From positions 27,280-91,279 of the forward strand of contig CAYOAM010000002.1 of NCBI GenBank assembly GCA_964402035.1: a stretch of DNA of 64,000 nt. Reading direction: 5' to 3'. Under the pieces are notes generated by a model. It made no database searches and had not been told where the DNA came from. It worked only from the letters and a program-made list of their open reading frames with translations. Below, piece by piece: positions 17,977 through 28,344 of this stretch. Origin of the DNA: an uncultured Candidatus Saccharibacteria bacterium (GTDB lineage Bacteria; Patescibacteriota; Minisyncoccia; Phycocordibacterales; UBA918). Position 1 is the first letter of the stretch. Each line of letters starts with the position of its first letter. Both the position numbers and the translations under genes were made by a program.

Positions 17977-20900
17977 CTAACGTGTTTTACTTTTCAAAGC
18001 GGCGACAAGTGCGCACCCTTCCTCACTCCACACCGATGCATCACATGGCGTATCAAAAAAAGATAGCGACATAATTTCACATATCACCCGTCGTATCGTC
18101 GCTTCAAGTTCTTTTATTTCTTCGTGCGTGATTGTAAAAACTTCACGATGATAGTTGCCTTTTTTGTCAGGCTCAATAAAATCAATTACTCCCTCTTCGA
18201 TACGCCACCCCCGTGTCATATCAAGCGAAGCAAGTAGCGCATAAAATACCAACTGTCGCTTGTAATTTCCATTACTACTCTTGGTAGCCCCTTCTATGTC
18301 ATTGCGTGATTTTGGCGCGCCTGTCTTAAAGTCCACGACTCGCACCAATCCATCGCGCACGTGCTCGATGCGGTCAAATTCTCCGCGGAGTTGGATCGGT
18401 GAGGCTCCACTCACACCTATCTCAAACAACACTTTTACTGAGACTCCCGCTTCAACCGGCCGCACACCCACAAGTGGGTACGTTTTAAGATATCCTGTCA
18501 AAGACGCTGCGCCCTTCTTTATATACGCAGCTTTATCTGCTTTTGAAAACGGAGCGCGAGCAAGGAGCCGTTCAAATTCGCTCAATAATTGTTCTTCGGA
18601 TACCATTCCGGTAATAGCTTCTTCTTTGGTCAACCACTTCATCGCGCCGTCAATCGCAGTCCCATAAAACAAATGATTCTCTTTGGGTGTTGGTATTCGA
18701 AGCAAGTTCTGGAAAAAATATCGCCACGGCGATTCGAGGTAGTTGTTGAGCGCCGAGACCGAAAGACCCTGTGCAATAAAGCGCTCGACCAAGTATGCAC
18801 GATCCAATGCCCCCGCACTGCTTGGAAGCATGGTTCTGGGGACCAGTACGTCTTTCGCAGTCACTTGTAGTTCTTGTTCTTCTATATGATCTGCGTTGAT
18901 ATCGGAGAGAAATCGTGAAGGGGTCAACTCTTTGCCATCAGTATTCTGTTTTGCATACGAAAGTGTAAGCGACTTTCGCGCGCGCGTCATCGCGACATAG
19001 AGCAGTCGCCGTTCATCATCCAAATCACCCGCATCTGTCTCACTATAGAGAGGCAACCTGATCTTCGTGCGCGACGCACTACTGCCCCATCTTCCTTCGT
19101 GCATAAATGGGATGTACACGTGATCAAATTCCATTCCTTTTGATTTGTGTACGGTAAAAATACGGACGGTGCCAAGCGCCGCTTTTGTTGTTGTCATAAT
19201 AGACATGCCATAACTCTGCGCAGTATCGAGAGATCGCATGAGATCAGCAAGTCTATAGGTCGGATGCGCTGCTTCCAGGCTCTCAACATAACGAATAAAG
19301 GCTCGCACATATTCAAGTAGTACATACCGATCGTCTCGTTCCATACAATACGCCAATACATGAGCCCGCTCGAGCGCATAGTGGACAGTATTTGATAGCG
19401 ATGTACTTTTTTCAAACTGCGCGATGTCATCAAGTATTAAAAATACCGCATGTACGCCAGCACTATGCTCAATACCATGCTCGTGCAAAAGTTTTTCCGA
19501 CTTCATCATTTCAAACAGCGAAATCTCTTTTCGTTCCGTCAGACGAAAAATATCAAGATTATCGAGTTTCAAAAAAGGAGCGTAGAGCAACGGATAGAGA
19601 TCGACGTCACTTCCAAATGACGCAACTGCGCGCAGTAGCGCCATGAGCGACCGCATGAGCGGGATATCCAAAATCTGTGCATCATTGAGGAGCGCAGTCG
19701 GCACACCACGCATCTTGAGTACCGATGCGACCTGTTCTGCATCGCTATTTCTGCGACAAAGTATCGCTATTTCGTGTGCAGGCACGCCAGCAGCTACATG
19801 CGCCGCAACCTTTTCGGCGAGCGATGCCAGCTCCTCATCCTGTTCTTGAAAGATAGAAAGTTGCACGGGCAAGTGAGTATGCCCTGCGTGAGCTGTCAAA
19901 CGTGGCCGCGCTACGAGCGCGTGTCCTGCGGCAGGAGCGATGACGTCGTGTGCAGCATCGAGGATCACCTGCGTCGAACGATAGTTGTTTGCAAGCTCAA
20001 TACAGAGTGCTGACGGGTAGTGTTCTTTAAAAAAGAGAAAGTTGGCAAGTGACGCACCTTGAAATCGGTAGATGGCTTGCTTCTCATCGCCCACGATAAA
20101 TAAGTTTGGTGACTCGTGGAAGTCAGAGAGGAGTTCTAGGAGTCGGTTCTGCGCACCATTGGCATCTTGGTGTTCATCCGCCAATACATACTGATGCTCT
20201 TCCTGCAACAACAACTTGAGTTCATCATCTTTTTCCATAGCACGCACTGCTTCTAAAATTGTATCCTCAAAATCGTACGTATGCGTTTCAGAAAGGATGA
20301 GTTCGTACGCGCGATATACCGCAGCAAATTCTTCTGCTTTATCAAGTTTTTTGAGTGCATCGACGTAGTGCCCTTTCATTTTTCCTGCATGTGCTCCACG
20401 TGCATGATAGAGATCATCAGAGCTCATAATGGCTTCGCGCTCGCGCACGATACGTGTCCCTAAATCATCGGGACTAATATTTTCACGCTTCACATCAGAG
20501 AGTGCGCCCTTGATATCGCGCACATAAAGATACGGATATCCGGCGGGTCGTAGTAGCTCGTAAAGACCATTATCAAGTATCGTTTCTATATGCCTCAATG
20601 CATCAATCTCAATGAGTGGTACCGCTCCCACAATGCGCGCAAATCGCTCAGGATAGCGACTGATGATCGTATTGCAAAACCCATGAAAGGTATGAATCCG
20701 TACCTCATACCCACGCGCACCAATGAGCGATACAAGACGCGCACGCATAGAGGCGACGCCTGATTCGGTAAAAGTAAGTGCAAGGATAGATGAAGGCGCA
20801 GTATCAGTTGTACGCAAGATGTTGGCAATACGAAGAGCCAAGACCTGTGTCTTCCCCGTGCCTGGGCCTGCGATGATCATCACTGGCCCCTCAATAGCAT

Positions 20901-21000
20901 CCACGGCCCTTTTCTGCTCAGTATTGAGCTTCCCATAAGCAGCCTCAAAAACCCCATTCTGGAGCTCCTTTTGGCCCGTTTTAGAGGCTTTCTCAACCAT
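17977..21000 (-). CDS. UvrD/PcrA-family SF1 DNA helicase fused to a C-terminal RecB-like PD-(D/E)XK nuclease domain
   Basis: IIAGPGTGKTQVLALRIANIL (motif I), FIVGDEKQAIYRFQGA, YRST (motif IV region). C-terminus ...VRVVDFKTGAPK...QLVFYALL... is the nuclease block. Confidence 0.7.
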   Translation of the reverse strand: MVEKASKTGQKELQNGVFEAAYGKLNTEQKRAVDAIEGPVMIIAGPGTGKTQVLALRIANILRTTDTAPSSILALTFTESGVASMRARLVSLIGARGYEVRIHTFHGFCNTIISRYPERFARIVGAVPLIEIDALRHIETILDNGLYELLRPAGYPYLYVRDIKGALSDVKRENISPDDLGTRIVREREAIMSSDDLYHARGAHAGKMKGHYVDALKKLDKAEEFAAVYRAYELILSETHTYDFEDTILEAVRAMEKDDELKLLLQEEHQYVLADEHQDANGAQNRLLELLSDFHESPNLFIVGDEKQAIYRFQGASLANFLFFKEHYPSALCIELANNYRSTQVILDAAHDVIAPAAGHALVARPRLTAHAGHTHLPVQLSIFQEQDEELASLAEKVAAHVAAGVPAHEIAILCRRNSDAEQVASVLKMRGVPTALLNDAQILDIPLMRSLMALLRAVASFGSDVDLYPLLYAPFLKLDNLDIFRLTERKEISLFEMMKSEKLLHEHGIEHSAGVHAVFLILDDIAQFEKSTSLSNTVHYALERAHVLAYCMERDDRYVLLEYVRAFIRYVESLEAAHPTYRLADLMRSLDTAQSYGMSIMTTTKAALGTVRIFTVHKSKGMEFDHVYIPFMHEGRWGSSASRTKIRLPLYSETDAGDLDDERRLLYVAMTRARKSLTLSYAKQNTDGKELTPSRFLSDINADHIEEQELQVTAKDVLVPRTMLPSSAGALDRAYLVERFIAQGLSVSALNNYLESPWRYFFQNLLRIPTPKENHLFYGTAIDGAMKWLTKEEAITGMVSEEQLLSEFERLLARAPFSKADKAAYIKKGAASLTGYLKTYPLVGVRPVEAGVSVKVLFEIGVSGASPIQLRGEFDRIEHVRDGLVRVVDFKTGAPKSRNDIEGATKSSNGNYKRQLVFYALLASLDMTRGWRIEEGVIDFIEPDKKGNYHREVFTITHEEIKELEATIRRVICEIMSLSFFDTPCDASVWSEEGCALVAALKSKTR

Positions 21001-21102
21001 AGCTAATATTATACATCATCCTCCGAAAGTACTTGACAAGATGTATACTAGTGTGCTTTAATCAGCTGAGTTAATGTAAAGACCCACCACTCCATCTCAA
21101 GG

Positions 21103-21354
21103 ATGCACACCATGAAAATTTCTGCGGAACTTTTCTTCGAGAAATTTGGGAACAAGATTGCCTACTACAAAGTCGGCACAGGGTCCCATATTATTCCAAC
21201 AATCGAAAGGGCGATTGGCGAGGCTCTCAGACTCGGGAGCACGGTGCAGGTCCGCCACAGCGAAGTGACAATTGTGGTCAACCCGAAATCGAGTTTCACT
21301 CCGATCTATGAATCGTGGGGAGTGGCAAATCCCGGCGACGTTGTCGGCCCCTGA
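21103..21354 (+). CDS. Small hypothetical protein (about 80 aa)
   Basis: AAGGA 8 nt upstream of the second ATG (MKISAELFF...); followed by a strong terminator. Confidence 0.35.
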   Translation: MHTMKISAELFFEKFGNKIAYYKVGTGSHIIPTIERAIGEALRLGSTVQVRHSEVTIVVNPKSSFTPIYESWGVANPGDVVGP

Positions 21355-21356
21355 TC

Positions 21357-21410
21357 CCCACAAGAAAAGTCCCCCCAAGGGACCTACACTCTTGTGGGGC
21401 TTTTCTTTTG
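21357..21410 (+). terminator. Intrinsic terminator
   Basis: CCCCACAAG...CTTGTGGGG stem followed by CTTTTCTTTTG. Confidence 0.55.
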
Positions 21411-21439
21411 CTTATCAAAACGTCACAGACTGAATTAGA

Positions 21440-21597
21440 GTGAAATGCAATGGTGTAAGAGAGACATTGCACAGCCGCGCGCAGCATGGTGCCTGCCGTC
21501 TTTTGTCGCGAAGCGACTACGGCAGGACCGCGCGGCGAGCATAGTACAATGCACGCAGGTGCATTGATACGCGTCTCTGTCATACTATTGCATTTCC
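21440..21597. repeat. Structured intergenic element, copy A: outer long imperfect helix (GAAATGCAAT...ATTGCATTTC) enclosing conserved core 21474-21541 and a 3' hairpin CAATGCAC-GCAG-GTGCATTG
   Basis: The core is about 90% identical to 39794-39862; internal stems GCCGCGC/GCGCGGC, CTGCCGT/ACGGCAG and GTCGC-GAA-GCGAC were read directly. Confidence 0.7.
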
Positions 21598-21605
21598 TAA
21601 AAAAA

Positions 21606-22880
21606 TTAGTACGACTTCAGCCTTCTTGCCTTATCGTGCAAACGAATCTTCTCTAAAGCTTTGGCTTCGATTTGGCGAATACGTTCACGAGTCACGCCAA
21701 ACTCCTTCCCCACTTCTTCGAGCGTATGGTACGTACCATCAAGAAGACCATGACGCATCTCGAGGATTTTGCGCTCCTTTTCTGAAAGTGTCTCCAAAAT
21801 CTCTTTTACCTGATCTGCGAGGATGCGGTGTGCGACTTCCTGATCCGGAAGCAATATTTTATCATCAGAGATAAAATCAGAAAGCCGTGAACGATCGTCA
21901 TCATCTCCAATAGGTGTTTCAAGTGAAATAGTATCCTGGCTGATTTTCTCAATCTGGTACACCTTCTCTACTTCAATACCCATCTCCGTTGCAATCTCTT
22001 CGGGCATCGGATCACGGCCCAAATCCTGCGACAGACGGCGCGAGACTTGCTTGTACTTTGCCATGGTCTCGACCATGTGTACCGGAATACGGATCGTGCG
22101 CGACTGGTCGGCGAGCGCTCGAGTGATAGCCTGACGAATCCACCACGTCGCGTAGGTAGAAAACTTGAAGCCTTTTGTAAAATCGAATTTATCGACAGCT
22201 TTAAAGAGACCCAAATTTCCTTCTTGGATAAGATCAAGAAGCGTAAGGTCGGGACTTCGTCCGACATACTTTTTTGCAATAGAAACCACCAAGCGGAGGT
22301 TGGCACGCGCCAAGAGATTGCGCGCTTCGGTATCGCCATCGACAATACGTTTTGCAAGATCTCGCTCTTCAGCACCAGAAAGAAGTGGATACTGACCAAT
22401 CTCACGCAGATACATCTGAATAGAATCATACCCGCTTTCACTTCGGCGATAGATGTTGCGCTTGTCCAACAGCCCATCAGAGATCTCATTTCCCAACATA
22501 CCGCCGCTTTCAAGGACATCGATACCCGCAACTGCAAGTCGTTCATAGAGAGACTCCAAAAGCTCTACATTGTTTTCTACCGTCGGAAACGATTTCAAAA
22601 TTTCATCGTAGGTTACGTATCCCTTCTCGCGCGCTTTTGCGATGAGTGAATTTGCCTTGACTTCATTTTGCTTCCCCACCTTGGTCTCAACACCCTTTTT
22701 CACCGGAGCCGCTTTTTTGGGAGCCGCCTTGCGTGCAGGAGCCTTTTTTGCAGACGCACGAGCAGGCGCCGACTTCTTTTTAGGCACCACTTTCTTTAGC
22801 ACCTTTTTAGGTGCTTTCCGCGCAGGTTTCTTTTTTTGTGGAGCAGGCACTTTCTTCTTTTTTATTGTTTTTTTGGCCAT
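21606..22880 (-). CDS. rpoD: RNA polymerase sigma-70 factor RpoD with ~75-aa K/A/P-rich basic N-terminal tail
   Basis: Region 2 ([13 protein letters not shown]), region 3, and region 4 ([21 protein letters not shown]). The N-terminus begins [26 protein letters not shown].... Confidence 0.9.
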   Translation of the reverse strand: MAKKTIKKKKVPAPQKKKPARKAPKKVLKKVVPKKKSAPARASAKKAPARKAAPKKAAPVKKGVETKVGKQNEVKANSLIAKAREKGYVTYDEILKSFPTVENNVELLESLYERLAVAGIDVLESGGMLGNEISDGLLDKRNIYRRSESGYDSIQMYLREIGQYPLLSGAEERDLAKRIVDGDTEARNLLARANLRLVVSIAKKYVGRSPDLTLLDLIQEGNLGLFKAVDKFDFTKGFKFSTYATWWIRQAITRALADQSRTIRIPVHMVETMAKYKQVSRRLSQDLGRDPMPEEIATEMGIEVEKVYQIEKISQDTISLETPIGDDDDRSRLSDFISDDKILLPDQEVAHRILADQVKEILETLSEKERKILEMRHGLLDGTYHTLEEVGKEFGVTRERIRQIEAKALEKIRLHDKARRLKSY

Positions 22881-22887
22881 ATACTCA

Positions 22888-24636
22888 TTATAAATTTTGT
22901 AAAAATGGATTCTGCGCGGACACTTTTTTTAATGTTTCATTGATATCGTTGCATGCGGCAAGTGCTTTTGTGCGGGCTTCTGTATCCTGTGATATTTCGG
23001 CTTCCTTGAGGGTGATTCTCGCAAGGGTGAGGCGTCTCCGGAGCTCTGCCTGGTATAACTCGTAGAGCATTTGGGAACTCTCAGCTTCCAAATCTTCGCC
23101 CCCAGTATACATCGTCTCGACCTTAAAGATAGCCTCATTTTGCCGTTCGAGGGACCAATCGTGGAGCGACTGCATGCTCCCAGGGCCAAGTGCAATTTCG
23201 AGATTTGTACGCAAGCGCTCGACGTTGATCCGTGGCGATGGATCGTGCGCTTGCCACAGCAGCATGCCATAGAGATGCGCAATCAGGTCCTCTTCGCGCT
23301 TCATCACTCGTGGAGCAACTGGTTCCGAGGTGACCGCCTTATCCTTTGAGAGATTGCTCTCTCGTGTGCTTGCTTCTTGAAGCCGAGCGACTTCGTATAT
23401 GATTGCATCTTTGGTCAGGTTAAGCTCTTTGGCGACAACTTCCTCAAAGTGTTCCTGGTCAATCTTGTTCGGCATTAAGACGATAAACGGCAGTACTTCT
23501 TCTTGTACCCGTAGTCGGTATGCTCGTTCATCCTTGCTATTAGTACGTAGGACTGCGAGCAAAAATTCGATCACGTGCGTTGCAGCTCCAACCGATTGTT
23601 TCAAGAGTTTTGGATCTTCACGTACGAGATCTGCAGGATCTTTACCACCCAAAATGCGCGCCACTTTGACGTCCATACCACGTTTAAGCATCACCGTTGC
23701 GCAACGCTTTACGGAGGCGATTCCAGCGGTATCGGCATCGAGCGCTAAGACTACTTTATTTGAAAGTCGTTGTAGTAGCTCGACATGCGCAAGTGACAAT
23801 GCCGTCCCTGAAAGGGCTACCGTATTGGTGTAGCCTGCTTGATGCGAAAGAACAAGATCGAACTGCCCTTCAACAACGAGCGAAAAATCGAACGTACGGA
23901 TGCCATGCTTTGCTTCACTGAAGCCAAACAGTACATGCGATTTTACAAAGAGTTCGGTTTCCGGCGAATTGACGTACTTGGGTGTTGCGGGGTCGCTCCC
24001 CAATGCGCGCCCCGAGAAACCAACGACGCGACCTGCAGTATCTGCTATCGGGAACATGACGCGGTTACGAAATACATCGTACCCATTCTCTGCAGATTCC
24101 TGTTTTTTAAGGAGACCAGAATTGTACAATTCAGCGTCGGTGTACCCCTTTTTCTTGAGGTAATCTTTGAGATTGCGCCATCCCTCCTTTGCGTGCCCAA
24201 TGCGCCACTTTTTGATGGTCTCGAGTCGTAACCCACGGCTTGTGAGGTACTCGATCACGGTTGGTGCCTCCGTCAATGCTGCTGCATAATGAGCAGCAGC
24301 ATCTTCGACGAGTGCAAACAGTCGTTCGCGAATGTCTTTGGTCTTTGGATCAACAGGGACAAGCTCGACACCTGCACGCTCCGCCAATACTTTGAGCGCA
24401 CCCTTAAAATCGACACCTTCCATCTCTTGGATAAAAGTGAACATATCACCACCTTTTCCAGAAGAAAAGCAGTAGTACATTCCACGATCAGGCGAGACAA
24501 AAAACGATGGTGTTCGCTCGTTTGTGAACGGTGACTTTCCTTTATAGTGTTTGCCAACGAGCTTCAACGCCACATACGAACCCACCACATCGACAATCGA
24601 CAGACGTTGTTTAATTTGTTCTATAGGTGTTGCCAT
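22888..24636 (-). CDS. dnaG: DNA primase DnaG (zinc-ligand-depleted zinc-binding domain)
   Basis: TOPRIM block [15 protein letters not shown]. The N-terminal primase block is [37 protein letters not shown], where only one of the four canonical C/H zinc ligands is retained. Confidence 0.85.
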   Translation of the reverse strand: MATPIEQIKQRLSIVDVVGSYVALKLVGKHYKGKSPFTNERTPSFFVSPDRGMYYCFSSGKGGDMFTFIQEMEGVDFKGALKVLAERAGVELVPVDPKTKDIRERLFALVEDAAAHYAAALTEAPTVIEYLTSRGLRLETIKKWRIGHAKEGWRNLKDYLKKKGYTDAELYNSGLLKKQESAENGYDVFRNRVMFPIADTAGRVVGFSGRALGSDPATPKYVNSPETELFVKSHVLFGFSEAKHGIRTFDFSLVVEGQFDLVLSHQAGYTNTVALSGTALSLAHVELLQRLSNKVVLALDADTAGIASVKRCATVMLKRGMDVKVARILGGKDPADLVREDPKLLKQSVGAATHVIEFLLAVLRTNSKDERAYRLRVQEEVLPFIVLMPNKIDQEHFEEVVAKELNLTKDAIIYEVARLQEASTRESNLSKDKAVTSEPVAPRVMKREEDLIAHLYGMLLWQAHDPSPRINVERLRTNLEIALGPGSMQSLHDWSLERQNEAIFKVETMYTGGEDLEAESSQMLYELYQAELRRRLTLARITLKEAEISQDTEARTKALAACNDINETLKKVSAQNPFLQNL

Positions 24637-24666
24637 ACTTTTTCGGCAACCATCGATGAGATAATC

Positions 24667-27600
24667 CTACGCAGGATTCTCATCAGTATTGCCAACCGAC
24701 TCAATCATCGTATGCTTCTGACTTCCAGGGAACCCTGTTCCTGCAGGGATCAAACGTCCGATGATGACGTTTTCCTTGAGACCGGTGAGCGTATCCTGAC
24801 TGCCACGAACTGCAGCATTGATCAAAATACGGGTCGTGTTTTGGAATGATGCTGCTGAAAGGAAGCTCTTTCGTGAGAGCGAAACTTCCGTAATACCCAT
24901 GATGAGTTTATCAGCACGCGCAAGTTCTTTGCCGGCATCTTTAAGGGCTGCGTTTCGTTCTGCGAGAATCCACTCCTCGACAACATCTCCCACCGTAAAG
25001 GTACTATCTCCAGTATGCGTGATTTTTGCGCGTGAGAGCATCTGCTTCACGATAAGTTCGATATGCTTTCGTGCAATCGTCACACCCTGGAGTTCATAGA
25101 TCTTGCTGGTTTCCGTGATGACATATTCCTGTACCGCTTCTTCCCCACCGTATTTGAAGATTTCTGGAAGTTCAGCAGAACCATCGGTCAAGAGCTGACC
25201 TTGTTTTACTGATTCACCCACCGATACCAAGACCGTACGACGATAGTGTACTGCGTATTCAAGACTGTCTTTTTTCTTTGATGCAGTTTTTGTTCCTGCC
25301 TCTGGTACGATCACAATAATCTTCTCACGACCCTCAGTTCTAATTTCGACAACCATACCATCGGTGTGTGAGACGCTCGCGGGGATCTTTGGTGTTCGCT
25401 TTTCAAACACTTCTTCCACGCGTGGCAAACCTTGCGTCACGTCTCCACCAACAGACGCGGCACCTCCGGCATGTTTCGTATTCATCGTGAGCTGTGTTCC
25501 CGGCTCACCAATAGCTTGTGCAGCAACCGTTCCCACTGCTTCACCGAGGTCAACAAGCTTGTTCGTGGTGAGATCAATACCATAGCACTGCTGACAAACA
25601 CCACGGAGTGTCTCACACGTCATTGGAGAACGCACTACCAGTGAATCCACATCTGATTTTTCAATCGTCATAGCGTCTGCGCGTGAGAAAAGATGCCCTT
25701 TTTTGAAGAGTACTGCTCCTTTCTTATCGACTACATCTTGCGCAACAATACGTCCACGCACCGCCTTTGAGAACGCGATCGCAATACCCGAAGCGCTCAC
25801 ACGATTAATGGTAATACCACGCTTCGTCTTGCAATCAAGCTCAGTGATGATCGCATCTTGCGCAACATCAAAGAGTCGACGGGTAAGGTAACCAGCTTTC
25901 GCAGTTTGTAGAGCGGTGTCGGCCAGACCTTTTCGAGAACCGTGCGTCGTGATGAAATACTCAATCGGGGTCATACCCTCCTTCATTGATGAAATGACAG
26001 GGAATTCAAGCGTCTCTCCACGGGTGTTGACGATAAGACCTTTCATACCGGCCATCTGTGCGATTTGTCCGAGGCTTCCTCGAGCACCTGACTGCCACAT
26101 GTCGTACACTGAACCGCCCTTATCAAGTGTTGCAGGAATCACTTTTTCAAGTTCTGTTTTCGCGCGGTGCCAAATCTCCACAATAAAGCGTCGGCGCTCA
26201 TCGCGAGAAAGGAGTCCTTCACCATACTGCTCCATAATTTTTCGAGCCGATGCACGTCCAGCTTCAATAATGTCACCTTTTTCCTTTGGGACTTTCACAT
26301 CATCAATTCCCCACGTAACTCCCGACTGTGTGGCATACGTAAATCCATGCTTCTTGATCTTGTCGACAATAGCAGGCACCGCATCGGTTCCTTCGCGATC
26401 AATAACATCGACAACAATGTTGAAGAGTGTACGCTGTGTCACCACATCGTTAATGAAAGCAAAGTCAGACGGCAAGACAGAGTTAAAGAGCAGTCGGCCA
26501 ACCGTCGTCTCAAACACTTTCCCTTCAAAGATACGGTACTTTGCGGTATCGGTCGCCATCACTTTGATCTTTGCGCGGAAATCAATAGCGCCAAAGTCAT
26601 ACGCTGTAATAGCAGCATTTGGTGATGGGAAATAGTTTCCTTCACCCTTTTCATTTTCTACCATCTTGGTCATCCAATAGCATCCGAGTGCCATGTCAAG
26701 AAGTTTTTCAGATACGACTGGCTCACCACTACCAGGCTTTAGGATATTTTTGTTTGCAGAAATGATCTCACGCGCTTCCATCTGTGCTTCGGGAGTGAGT
26801 GGTACGTGTACGGCCATTTGGTCTCCGTCGAAGTCGGCGTTGAAGGCACGACACACAAGTGGATGCACCTGGATAGCATTGCCTTCAATCAAGACCGGGC
26901 GAAATGCCTGGATACCTTGTCGGTGCAACGTCGGAGCGCGGTTCAAGAGTACGTGCTTGTCCTTAATAATATTTTCAAGAATTGCCCACACTTCAGGAAC
27001 ACCGTCTTCAATCAGACGACCTGCTCCACGAATATTGTATGCAAGCTCCTGTCGCAAGAGTTCAGAAATAACAAACGGACGGAAGAGCTCAAGCGCCATG
27101 TGTTTTGGAAGGCCACATTGATCGAGCTTGAGTTCAGGACCAATAACGATCACCGAGCGACCAGAATAATCAACACGCTTTCCCAAAAGGTTTTGACGGA
27201 AGTACCCCTGCTTTCCCTTGAGGTAATCTGAAAGAGATTTCAAAGGTCGGCGCTGTGCCTGGCTCATCACTGAGTATGCAGTGTTGCCGTGACGGATCGA
27301 GTTGTCGATAAGCGCGTCAACCGCTTCCTGCAAAATACGCTTCTCGTTGCGGAGAATAACGTCTGGTGCATGAATATCGATCAACTTCTTGAGACGATTG
27401 TTGCGGTTAATCACGCGACGATAAAGGTCATTGAGATCAGACGAAGCATGACGACCACCTTCAAGGGCAACCATCGGACGAAGCGCCGGTGGGATGACAG
27501 GAATACGTGTGAGGAACATCCACTCAGGACGTACTTGCGCCGAGATCATACCCTTGGTAAGCGAAAGTCGTTTGTCGAGTTTTGCGCGCTCAGCTGCGCC

Positions 27601-28323
27601 TGCAGTCTCACGTTCTTTCTCAAGACGGGTCAAAAGCGCCGCCATATCAAGCTGCTTGAAGAGTGCAAAGATAGACTCAGCACCAATCTGTGCCTCAAAG
27701 AGTGTACTGAACTTTACCGAGAACTTGTGATAGTGCATTTCATCGAGCACGGTACCTACCTTGATGCGTTCAATATCGTGTTTGGTTTCATCAAGACGCT
27801 CACGAAGTTCTTCGCGTGCTTTTTCGGTTGCTAGATCCTTGAGTTTTGATTTGTACTCTGCATCAAGTTCTTTGAGTAATCGCGTACGTACTTCTTCACT
27901 GACTTTTGTGACAATGTATCCGGCAAAGTACACAACCTTTTCAATATCTGCAGCAGAAATACCGAGAATGAGCGCAATGCGGCTTGGTACTCCACGCAAG
28001 AACCAAATGTGTGACACGGGCACACAGAGTTCAATATGTCCCATGCGCTCACGACGTACGATTGCGCGTGTTACTTCAACACCACATTTTTCACAGACGA
28101 TACCCTTGTAGCGAATTCCGCGATACTTTTTACACGCACATTCATAGTCCTCAACCGGTCCAAAAATTCGTTCATCAAAGAGACCGTGCTTTTCAGGGCG
28201 CTGGGTACGATAGTTGATCGTCTCGGGCTTCGTAATCTCACCATATGACCATTCGAGAATCTTTTCGGGACTCGCGAGCTTGATGTTTATGAGATCGAAA
28301 TTGTGTGGCGTTCGATTTTTCAT
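24667..28323 (-). CDS. rpoC: DNA-directed RNA polymerase subunit beta'
   Basis: NADFDGDQMAVHVPL catalytic motif; N-terminal zinc finger CKKYRGIRYKGIVCEKCGVEV. Confidence 0.95.
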   Translation of the reverse strand: MKNRTPHNFDLINIKLASPEKILEWSYGEITKPETINYRTQRPEKHGLFDERIFGPVEDYECACKKYRGIRYKGIVCEKCGVEVTRAIVRRERMGHIELCVPVSHIWFLRGVPSRIALILGISAADIEKVVYFAGYIVTKVSEEVRTRLLKELDAEYKSKLKDLATEKAREELRERLDETKHDIERIKVGTVLDEMHYHKFSVKFSTLFEAQIGAESIFALFKQLDMAALLTRLEKERETAGAAERAKLDKRLSLTKGMISAQVRPEWMFLTRIPVIPPALRPMVALEGGRHASSDLNDLYRRVINRNNRLKKLIDIHAPDVILRNEKRILQEAVDALIDNSIRHGNTAYSVMSQAQRRPLKSLSDYLKGKQGYFRQNLLGKRVDYSGRSVIVIGPELKLDQCGLPKHMALELFRPFVISELLRQELAYNIRGAGRLIEDGVPEVWAILENIIKDKHVLLNRAPTLHRQGIQAFRPVLIEGNAIQVHPLVCRAFNADFDGDQMAVHVPLTPEAQMEAREIISANKNILKPGSGEPVVSEKLLDMALGCYWMTKMVENEKGEGNYFPSPNAAITAYDFGAIDFRAKIKVMATDTAKYRIFEGKVFETTVGRLLFNSVLPSDFAFINDVVTQRTLFNIVVDVIDREGTDAVPAIVDKIKKHGFTYATQSGVTWGIDDVKVPKEKGDIIEAGRASARKIMEQYGEGLLSRDERRRFIVEIWHRAKTELEKVIPATLDKGGSVYDMWQSGARGSLGQIAQMAGMKGLIVNTRGETLEFPVISSMKEGMTPIEYFITTHGSRKGLADTALQTAKAGYLTRRLFDVAQDAIITELDCKTKRGITINRVSASGIAIAFSKAVRGRIVAQDVVDKKGAVLFKKGHLFSRADAMTIEKSDVDSLVVRSPMTCETLRGVCQQCYGIDLTTNKLVDLGEAVGTVAAQAIGEPGTQLTMNTKHAGGAASVGGDVTQGLPRVEEVFEKRTPKIPASVSHTDGMVVEIRTEGREKIIVIVPEAGTKTASKKKDSLEYAVHYRRTVLVSVGESVKQGQLLTDGSAELPEIFKYGGEEAVQEYVITETSKIYELQGVTIARKHIELIVKQMLSRAKITHTGDSTFTVGDVVEEWILAERNAALKDAGKELARADKLIMGITEVSLSRKSFLSAASFQNTTRILINAAVRGSQDTLTGLKENVIIGRLIPAGTGFPGSQKHTMIESVGNTDENPA

Positions 28324-28344
28324 AGTAGTTAGATGATGAGATTA

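Noticed and set aside
21296-21583. - strand ORF 95 aa over structured element A (and 39635..39868 -, 39771..40118 + over element B)
   Set aside because: The shared peptide PAVVAS stems from nucleotide conservation of the RNA-like core. The frames are not conserved outside the core and the ORFs run through terminators.
22047-22649. + strand ORFs within rpoD (also 25916..26635 and others within rpoC/rpoB/dnaE/helicase)
   Set aside because: Antisense to well-supported essential genes; no independent signals.
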